From Planctomycetota bacterium (GTDB taxonomy: Bacteria; Planctomycetota; PLA2): DNA of 64,000 bases. Shown piece after piece: positions 46,529-53,566 of the stretch (its first letter is position 1; every line of letters begins with the position of its first letter). A program made the position numbers and the translations under genes. The stretch lies in assembly GCA_027297745.1 (NCBI GenBank), contig JAPUHK010000024.1, forward strand, positions 994 through 64,993. The letters run 5' to 3'. The notes beneath the pieces were generated by a model that saw only the letters and a list, made by a program, of their open reading frames with translations, did no database searches and was not told the DNA's origin.

Positions 46529-48169
46529 ATGTACCAAAACCGCATCCGCCCCCGGCACGGCGTAGGCCTCACGCTGCTGTGCCTCGCGCTCCTCGCCGCG
46601 CCCGTCTGGGCAACCTGTGGCGGCGGCGGCGGCGGCGGCCGCGGCGGCGCCGGGCAGGCCTACAAGACGAACTGGATGACCAGCTGGAAAAAGACGCTGT
46701 CGGACGCGGAGCTCAAGGAACAGGGCGTCCTGTTGTACTTCCAGCCCCGCAGCTCGTCGGAGCACCGCTTCTTCAAGACGAAGTGGCCCAACGACGTCTC
46801 CAAGGAGCGTTTCTTCTACAAGGTCCGCGGCACGAGCGAAGAGGCCGAGAAGATGCGCGCACAATACCGCGTGGAAGGGAAGAAGCACCACGTCTTCATC
46901 TGCGACTGGCACGGCAACGTGTTCAAGTCCTTCGCGACCACCGACCGCGCCAAGTTCCGGAGCGGCGCCCTGAAGGGTCCCCTGTACGGCATACAGCGCT
47001 CGGTCAAGCGCTTGCGCAAGAAGATCGCGCAGAACACCGCGAAGGCTGAAAAGGCCCTCGAAAGGAAATCGTACCCCACGGCCATCAAGGCGCTGAAGTC
47101 CGCGCAGGAGTACACGGGCTATCCCGAGGTCGAGCAGTCCAAGAAGCTGTGGCAGCAGTTGGAGAAGGAGGGCCTGAGCCAGTTGGAAGCCGCCCTGCAA
47201 CTCGAGAATCCCGAGCGCCGCAAGAAGCTCAACGCGCTCAAGCGGACCTTCAAGCGGACGGGCGTCGAGAAGGCGGCGGCCAAGGCGCTGGCCAAGGAGA
47301 ACGGCAAGCGCGAAGCCTCCGTGCCGGCGGAGCGCGCGCATGACGACGCCACGATGAAGGCGCCGTCGCTGGCGGAGCGCATCTGCGCCGAGCTGTTTGT
47401 GGACGACGGCTCCACCACGATCGCGGAGCTCGTCGACGCGGCCGTCCAGGAGGGCCTGCGGCACGAGAACGCGGCTCGCTACGAGGACGCGCTGCGCGCC
47501 TACGAGCGTGCCGTGCGGCTCGATCCCAAGGACCCCGTCCCGCTCGTCTACCTCGGTGAGCTGCACCGGCATCACATGGGGCGCTGGGATGACGCCGAGC
47601 GGGCCTTCCGCCGCGTGCTGGAGCTCGACGGTCAGGACCACGCGGTCGCCGTCGCGCTGCACGGCATCGGCAAGATGACCATCTGGCGCGGCGACAACGA
47701 AGCCGGCCTGAAGCTGCTAGCGGGCTCCATCGAGCGTTCGCCGACGGCGTTGTGCTACCGCAACCTGGCCGTCTACTGGAACACCGAGGGCGACGCCGGG
47801 AAGGCCTTCGCCTACGCCACCAAGGCCTACGAGCTCGAGCCGCGTGACTCCTACAACCAGGTCTTCTACTCCGTGTACCTGCTCCTGAACGGGCGTGGGG
47901 AGCAGGCGCAGCGCCTCATGGCCGCCGCCGAGTTCGATCCGTCCATGTCGTACAACTACGCCTGCTATCACGCTGTGCGCGGGGATCGCGACCAGGTGTT
48001 GGCGTACCTGAAGCGCCACTTCTACGAGTACGAGAAGTACGCCGCGGTACGTTCCTTCGAGATGGCGGAGGCGCGCATGGACAGCTTCTTCGCGCGCTGG
48101 TTGGAGGATCCGGAGTTCAAGCAGGTCACGAAGCTTGCCGGCAAGACGCCCTGGCTGCGCGAGGGCTAG
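46529..48169 (+). CDS. Secreted (possibly lipo-) protein with TPR repeats
   Basis: MYQNRIRPRHGVGLTLLCLALLAAPVWATCGGGGGGG. The C-terminal half is TPR-like (YEDALRAYERAVRLDPKDPVPLVYLGELH...). Confidence 0.8.
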   Translation: MYQNRIRPRHGVGLTLLCLALLAAPVWATCGGGGGGGRGGAGQAYKTNWMTSWKKTLSDAELKEQGVLLYFQPRSSSEHRFFKTKWPNDVSKERFFYKVRGTSEEAEKMRAQYRVEGKKHHVFICDWHGNVFKSFATTDRAKFRSGALKGPLYGIQRSVKRLRKKIAQNTAKAEKALERKSYPTAIKALKSAQEYTGYPEVEQSKKLWQQLEKEGLSQLEAALQLENPERRKKLNALKRTFKRTGVEKAAAKALAKENGKREASVPAERAHDDATMKAPSLAERICAELFVDDGSTTIAELVDAAVQEGLRHENAARYEDALRAYERAVRLDPKDPVPLVYLGELHRHHMGRWDDAERAFRRVLELDGQDHAVAVALHGIGKMTIWRGDNEAGLKLLAGSIERSPTALCYRNLAVYWNTEGDAGKAFAYATKAYELEPRDSYNQVFYSVYLLLNGRGEQAQRLMAAAEFDPSMSYNYACYHAVRGDRDQVLAYLKRHFYEYEKYAAVRSFEMAEARMDSFFARWLEDPEFKQVTKLAGKTPWLREG

Positions 48170-48185
48170 CGTTTTCAGATAGACC

Positions 48186-48725
48186 CTAAGCGCCCGGCCG
48201 TGCGCGCATCGACGCGTTGAACGCCTTGCTGCCGCCGGGCGGGATGCTGAGGAAGCGCCAAGCGGGTCCCGCGAACGTGCGCGCGATGAGCAGGATCTGT
48301 CCCGTGTGGTAGCCGTAGTGGCCGACCTGGCGCACGAGCGCGCGCGAGACGGTCACCGGCTGCGTGCGGATCGTCACCGTGGCCTCCAGGTCGGCCTCGC
48401 GCAGGCCGCGCAGCGTCTCGAACAGCGTCTCCCAGGCCTCCTCCCAACGCCCCATGAGCTCGTCGCGGCCGGCGAGGTCGTTGATGAACTCCTGCTCCCG
48501 GTTGCGCCAGGGCTTCTCGCCGTCGCTGGTGAGGAAGTCGGTCCAGCGCGAGCGCAGATTACCGGCCATGTGCTTCATGATCACGGCGATGGAGTTCAGG
48601 CCGCCTGCGGGCGCCTCCTGCATGTGCTGCCAGCTGATCTGGCCGATCGCGTCTTCGGCGATCTTCTTGTAGTAGCGGAACTCGGCTTCCACGGCGTCGA
48701 GGAGCTTGTCTTTCAACGGGTTCAC
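48186..48725 (-). CDS. DinB/DUF1572-family protein
   Basis: GTG start. The His-containing helices IMKHMAGNL and GHYGYHTGQILLIAR fit the four-helix-bundle family pattern. Confidence 0.75.
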   Translation of the reverse strand: MNPLKDKLLDAVEAEFRYYKKIAEDAIGQISWQHMQEAPAGGLNSIAVIMKHMAGNLRSRWTDFLTSDGEKPWRNREQEFINDLAGRDELMGRWEEAWETLFETLRGLREADLEATVTIRTQPVTVSRALVRQVGHYGYHTGQILLIARTFAGPAWRFLSIPPGGSKAFNASMRARPGA

Positions 48726-49066
48726 GGACCCACCTTATCCTCCGCGGCGGCGGCGTGGCTCAACACAGGGTCTTGGTCTTGGGTACCTTGGCCCGCACGA
48801 GGTCGTCGAGCCGCGCGCGCTGCTCGCCGACGCCCGCACCGGTACTGTTGCGGCGTAAGGAACAGCAGTACGCCCTCAGGCGCGATGACTGCCTTGCAGA
48901 ATGCGTTCCAGCCCATCTCCGAGCTGGCCATGCCGACCGTCGCGGCCTTCAGGCCGTCTTCGCGCATGACCATTTCGACTTCGTGCCGCGCGTCGCCCTT
49001 GTGGGCGCGGACGAACTCCTCCGTGGTCCACTGGTAGCGGATGTGGATGGGCGCCTCGTCGTTCAT
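48722..49066 (-). CDS. Hypothetical protein, 3' end probably frameshifted
   Basis: The N-terminal 75 aa look coding (MNDEAPIHIRYQWTTEEFVRAH...). The last ~38 aa are Arg/Ala-rich with poor GC3, while another frame reads GEQRARLDDLVRAKVPKTKTLC* with high GC3. Confidence 0.5.
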   Translation of the reverse strand: MNDEAPIHIRYQWTTEEFVRAHKGDARHEVEMVMREDGLKAATVGMASSEMGWNAFCKAVIAPEGVLLFLTPQQYRCGRRRAARAARRPRAGQGTQDQDPVLSHAAAAEDKVGP

Positions 49067-49078
49067 GGCGCGGGCACC

Positions 49079-49450
49079 TTACCCGCCCGGGCTGCGCTCT
49101 TCGAGCGCGACGCGCCGCCCGTCCGGGTCCTGCAGCTCGGCCACGCGGATCCCCGGACCCGGTTCGTGCGGGGTGCCGACGCACACGCCGTTGCGCTCCA
49201 GCGCCGCAACGGCGGCGGCCAGGTCGTCGACGCGGAACAGGAGCTCGTCGGGTGAGCGGCCGAAGTCCTCCGGCGCGTACTCCATGCCCTCCCAAGGCCC
49301 ACGCAGGCAGAGCAGCGCTTCGCCCGTGTCGAAGACCGCCCAGCCGGGGTGCACGGCCTGCGCCGTCAAACCCAACGTGTCGCGATAAAACTCTACGGCG
49401 CGCTCAAAGTCGCGCACCAGCAGCACGATGCGGCCGACGTGCATTCCCAT
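49079..49450 (-). CDS. VOC-family (glyoxalase/bleomycin-resistance fold) protein
   Basis: MGMHVGRIVLLVRDFERAVEFYRDTLGL...AELQDPDGRRVAL. Confidence 0.8.
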   Translation of the reverse strand: MGMHVGRIVLLVRDFERAVEFYRDTLGLTAQAVHPGWAVFDTGEALLCLRGPWEGMEYAPEDFGRSPDELLFRVDDLAAAVAALERNGVCVGTPHEPGPGIRVAELQDPDGRRVALEERSPGG

Positions 49451-49455
49451 GCGGC

Positions 49456-50649
49456 CTAGTCTCCCGCGAGGATCTCCTCGAGCTGTTCCACGCTGCGGAA
49501 GGCCGTCGTCCTGACGTCGCGCAGGGTCTCGGTCAGAAGCCCCCGGTGGACCTGCGCGGGGCCGCACAGCACGGCCACCCGCGGCCCGGCGCGGGCGCTC
49601 TTCGTGCTGCCGAGCAGCTTGCGGAAGCGCACGGCGGACGCCTCGTCGTCCCACACCGTCCACACGACGACCAAGAACCGCTCGCCGTCCTGGTAGACCT
49701 GCGCCTGGTCGCCGCCCCAGCGCAGGTCGTCGGGCAGGCCGCCGCCGATCTGCTCCACAGACAACGGCTTCGGCGCGGTGTCCGGACGTAGCGCCCAGAC
49801 CCAGTCCGCGATCGTCCACTCCCCGAGCACCGTGCGCGCGGCGAGCTTCCAGCCCGCGCCGAGGCGGTCGGACAAATCCGGCACGATCACGGCCAGCGGC
49901 GGATCGTTGCGCTCCGGATGCAGGACCTGCTCGGTGCTGACGGGAGGGTTGAGGTACAGCGCGTCGCAGGCGTCGCGCAAGCCGCCCTTCGCGTGCGCGA
50001 GCAGGTAGCGCGCTCCCGCGACGTAGGGATGGTAGGTCCAGCGCACGGCGTACGGCTCGCAGCCCTCGATGTCCAGCCGCTCCGGCAGCGCCTCGATCTT
50101 GTCCCGCATGCCGTCGAGCGATCCCGTGGGCCAGGACAGCTCATGCAACACGGCCTCGCCCTCCTTGGCCGCGGCGCGCGCCCAATTCACGTCGTCGAAG
50201 TAGCCGTCTATGGCGGGCGGTGCGTTGAAGAGGCGGCTGTGGCGCGCTTGCACGGCGTGCATCAGCGCGTGCGCCAGCTGCGGCTCGCGCAGCTCCGCCG
50301 GCGTGTCCGTGAAGTAGACCAGCCGGTCATCGCTCAGGTGGTAGTAGCCGCGGTAGCGCCTGCGAACCTCGTCGTACGCTTCGTCCGCATCTTGTCCGGC
50401 CGGAACAATGCCGAGCGTGCGCCACAGCACCGCGTAGGGCTCGTTCGTCTTCGTGGGTTGTGCGGCGACGCGCTTGTGCCACTCGGTGCGGGGGATCACT
50501 TCGAGTTGCAGGCGGTCGTCGAGCTTCAGGCCGCGCAACTCCTGCAGCCGCGTCGCTACCTTGCGAAAGCCCTCTTGCGGCGTCCACGAGTCCGCGCGGG
50601 CGCTGAAGGCGAGTGCACAGAGCAGTGCCGTGGGTAGGCGGACGCTCAT
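49456..50649 (-). CDS. Secreted hypothetical protein
   Basis: MSVRLPTALLCALAFSARA signal peptide and 397 aa with coding-like composition. There is an HALMH motif but no Glu, so I make no peptidase call. Confidence 0.65.
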   Translation of the reverse strand: MSVRLPTALLCALAFSARADSWTPQEGFRKVATRLQELRGLKLDDRLQLEVIPRTEWHKRVAAQPTKTNEPYAVLWRTLGIVPAGQDADEAYDEVRRRYRGYYHLSDDRLVYFTDTPAELREPQLAHALMHAVQARHSRLFNAPPAIDGYFDDVNWARAAAKEGEAVLHELSWPTGSLDGMRDKIEALPERLDIEGCEPYAVRWTYHPYVAGARYLLAHAKGGLRDACDALYLNPPVSTEQVLHPERNDPPLAVIVPDLSDRLGAGWKLAARTVLGEWTIADWVWALRPDTAPKPLSVEQIGGGLPDDLRWGGDQAQVYQDGERFLVVVWTVWDDEASAVRFRKLLGSTKSARAGPRVAVLCGPAQVHRGLLTETLRDVRTTAFRSVEQLEEILAGD

Positions 50650-50801
50650 CGGCGTCCAGCCTACCCGGCGCGTTACCGCAGCGCATGGGCCCGCAGGCGA
50701 CCCTCGCGTACGACGAACGCACGCCCGCGCCCCGCCGCCCGGTTGGCGGCCCGGTCGTACGGAACGGCAGAGCATCGGGCGCCGTGATACCGCGGCGCGG
50801 C

Positions 50802-51329
50802 CTACGGGTCGTAGAAGACCTGGGTCCACCAGGGGCCGCCCGAGGCGTTGTGCACACCCACGCCGAGCCGCGTGAAGGACGCGCTGAGGATGTTGGCGCG
50901 GTGGCCGGCGGAGTTCATCCAGGCGATCATGACCGACACCGGGTCCGGCTGGCCGCGCGCGATGTTCTCGCCCGCCGCGCTCCAGGTGATGCCGGCCAGC
51001 GAGAGCCGGTCCCACGGCATCTGGCCGTCCGGGTTCTGGTGATCGAAGAAGGCGCGCAGGTCCATGTCGACGCTGTGGTCGTAGGCCACCTGGGACGTGG
51101 GGTCGTGCCAGGTCAGGGGCGCGACTCCCGCATTGACCCGCTCGACGTTCGTGAGGTCGAAGACCTGCATCGCCCAAGCGAGTTCCTGAACGGACATCTG
51201 CCCGCCGCCGCCGCCGCCGGTGCCGATCGAGGTGGTCCCGGAATCGCTGCTGCCGGTGCAGGCGGGAACCAGCAGCAACAGCGCGGTCAGTGCGGCGGTG
51301 AGGAAGGGAGTCCGTTTCAGCATGGACAT
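50802..51329 (-). CDS. CAP/SCP (YkwD-like) domain lipoprotein
   Basis: LLLLVPACTGSS lipobox. Also NVERVNAGVAPLTW...HSVDM...GENIARG...WMNSAGHRANIL. Confidence 0.8.
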   Translation of the reverse strand: MSMLKRTPFLTAALTALLLLVPACTGSSDSGTTSIGTGGGGGGQMSVQELAWAMQVFDLTNVERVNAGVAPLTWHDPTSQVAYDHSVDMDLRAFFDHQNPDGQMPWDRLSLAGITWSAAGENIARGQPDPVSVMIAWMNSAGHRANILSASFTRLGVGVHNASGGPWWTQVFYDP

Positions 51330-51401
51330 TACGCTGCCTAATCTTCGTCGCCCCCGGCCGGGGCTTGAGGCGGCGCCCAAAGGCCCCATTCTGGAGGGCT
51401 T

Positions 51402-52745
51402 TCAGGGCTGCCGCGGAGCGCGCATCGCGCGCCCGTGCTGGTGCAGCGTCAGGGCCACGACCCTGCCGTCCTGCTTGTGGAAGGTGATGCGCGCGTCGAC
51501 CACTTTGTAGAAGAAGCTCGTCTCCGACTCGGGAAAGACCTGCAGCTTGGCCTGGCCTGTGGCCTGCACCATGAGCTTGTCGCCCTCGCGGGTGACCGTC
51601 AGCACAAACTGCGGCGTGAGCGCGTACGCGCCCGCGTAGGCGTCGTAGATCTTCGGGTCGACCTGCGCCTCCCGGGGCGGCTGCTCTCCACGCAGCAGCT
51701 TCATGATCCGCCGGCCGACGCTGTCGATCACGCCGTCGGCCGTGTTGCTGAGAATGACGAGAGCGTGCCCGCGCTGCGTGTCCACCGCTGCGAAGGAGTG
51801 GTAGCCGCCGGTCTGGCCGTTGTGCCTACGGTAGCCGAGCGGGTCGATGTGCCAGCCGAGCCCGAGCTTTTGCGCCTGGGGCGCGCCGGGCTTGTGGTGT
51901 ACCTTGCGCGCCAGCGCCAGGGCCGCGTGCATGCCGCCGTCCTTCTCTGCCAGATTCGCCTGCAGGAACGCCAGCATGTCGCGCACGGAGGAGCGAATGC
52001 CGCCCGCTCCGGCCAGCGTGGGGATGTCCCAGGTGGAGGACGGCACCCCGTTGGCCCGGTAGGGGGGTGCGAGCCGCTTGCGCATGTCCTGCGTGTACAC
52101 GATGCGCGTGCTCGGCATACCGAGCGGCTCCGTGATGCGCTCGACGAGCAGCGCCTCGTAGCTCTTGCCCGCCTTGCGCGCCAGCGCATGCCCTAGCAGG
52201 CCTGCGCCGAGGTTGCTATACGCGCTCTTCAGCCCTGGAGCGCGCTTCAAGGTGCAGCCGGACAAGAAGGCGTACATCAGCGCCGGCGTGTAGTCCGCGT
52301 AGGGATTGTTGGGATCCTTCGGGGCGAAGTTGCTCGGCATGCGCGGCAAGGCCGAGGTGTGCGTGGAGAGATCGACCAACGTGATCTTGCGCCCCCCGTG
52401 CGCCGGCACCTGCACCGTGTCGGGCAAGAGCTGCTCGAGCGGCTGGTCGAGGCGGACGCTGCCGTCCTGCACGAGCGCCGCCAACAGCACGCCCGTAAAG
52501 ACCTTGCTGATCGATCCGATCTCGTAGACGGTGTCCTGATCGGGCACGTCTTTCTCGCCCACTGTGACCTTGCCGTACCCGCGCACCCACGGCTGCTTGT
52601 CGCGCGCCTCGATCACGCCGATCGTCATCCCCACGACGCTGCCGCTCCCGATTACCGGCTGCGCGAGGGCGTCGACCTCCCGCGCGAGGTCTTTGGCGGC
52701 CGCGCACGGCAGGGCCACGAGCAAGATGAGCAGAACGCCTCTCAT
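51402..52745 (-). CDS. Serine hydrolase of the class C beta-lactamase / PBP4* family
   Basis: Signal peptide MRGVLLILLVALPCAAA. Motifs SISK (SxxK) and YSN are present, with a C-terminal extra domain. Confidence 0.85.
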   Translation of the reverse strand: MRGVLLILLVALPCAAAKDLAREVDALAQPVIGSGSVVGMTIGVIEARDKQPWVRGYGKVTVGEKDVPDQDTVYEIGSISKVFTGVLLAALVQDGSVRLDQPLEQLLPDTVQVPAHGGRKITLVDLSTHTSALPRMPSNFAPKDPNNPYADYTPALMYAFLSGCTLKRAPGLKSAYSNLGAGLLGHALARKAGKSYEALLVERITEPLGMPSTRIVYTQDMRKRLAPPYRANGVPSSTWDIPTLAGAGGIRSSVRDMLAFLQANLAEKDGGMHAALALARKVHHKPGAPQAQKLGLGWHIDPLGYRRHNGQTGGYHSFAAVDTQRGHALVILSNTADGVIDSVGRRIMKLLRGEQPPREAQVDPKIYDAYAGAYALTPQFVLTVTREGDKLMVQATGQAKLQVFPESETSFFYKVVDARITFHKQDGRVVALTLHQHGRAMRAPRQP

Positions 52746-52990
52746 GACCACCCTCCAAGGGTAATCGACGGCGCGCCCACGCACGACGCTGCCGTCTGCG
52801 CACGCGCGCAAGCGCGTAGGCGCACGGTGGCGATTGGACGAATGCGTGCAGTCGTTCCAACCACGCCGCCCGTGCGCCGGATCCCCGTTGGAGCGCTCGA
52901 ACCTTATCGTGCACCGCGAGCGGCACCCGTGTTGCGTATGCGGAGGCGGGCTAAGGGACGAGCGGAGCCTCAACCGAGAGAGGAGAGCTC

Positions 52991-53557
52991 ATGCGTAAGG
53001 GAACGATCGCCCTGTGTCTACTCGTCTGTGCTGCAGGCACCTACGCGGCAGTCGAGTGGACCGTCGGCAACGGAGACGCAGGCGGGGCCAATCTGCATCA
53101 GATGGGCAAGTCCGGCATCAAGGCTCGCATCCGTATCGTGGATCACGGTGACCCGGCCGCGGGTCTCGAGGTGACGGGCACGGCCACGGGCCTCGACCCG
53201 GGCCAAGCCTATTTCTCGCTGTTTTACGACAGCAGGGCCAAGCCCTCCGGTCCTTCGGCCTGCGCGCCCAACGTGCCGGGCGCCCTGACCCCGCCTCAGA
53301 TGTTCATCTCCTTCTGGCAGGTGGACGGCAACGGCAACGGCACGCTGCACGTGACCAAGACCGGCCCCTCCTACGCCGCTCTGGGCGCCCTGGGGGGGCC
53401 ATGTCGATCCGTCTGGGCGCCACCGGCGCGCTGCAGGCCTGCGGTAAGGTCACTCCCGCCGACGAGTCCGCGCGCACCTGCCGCCTCCAGCGTTGACCCA
53501 CGATCCCAACGAAAAGCGGGGCGCCCGTTTCAGGGCGCCCCGCGCTGTTGGCTGTGA
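52991..53557 (+). CDS. Secreted hypothetical protein, frameshifted at a G7 tract (probable true stop at 53494-53496)
   Basis: MRKGTIALCLLVCAAGTYA signal peptide. After GGGGGGG (53392-53398) the annotated frame turns Arg/Pro-rich and reads through a terminator hairpin. The other frame gives AMSIRLGATGALQACGKVTPADESARTCRLQR* with high GC3. Confidence 0.65.
   Translation: MRKGTIALCLLVCAAGTYAAVEWTVGNGDAGGANLHQMGKSGIKARIRIVDHGDPAAGLEVTGTATGLDPGQAYFSLFYDSRAKPSGPSACAPNVPGALTPPQMFISFWQVDGNGNGTLHVTKTGPSYAALGALGGPCRSVWAPPARCRPAVRSLPPTSPRAPAASSVDPRSQRKAGRPFQGAPRCWL
53516..53543 (-). terminator. Rho-independent terminator after the 11-heme cytochrome gene
   Basis: GCGGGGCGCCC-n6-GGGCGCCCCGC. On the minus strand it is followed by TTTTCGTTGGG. 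Confidence 0.65.
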
Positions 53558-53566
53558 GTCCGTGGA

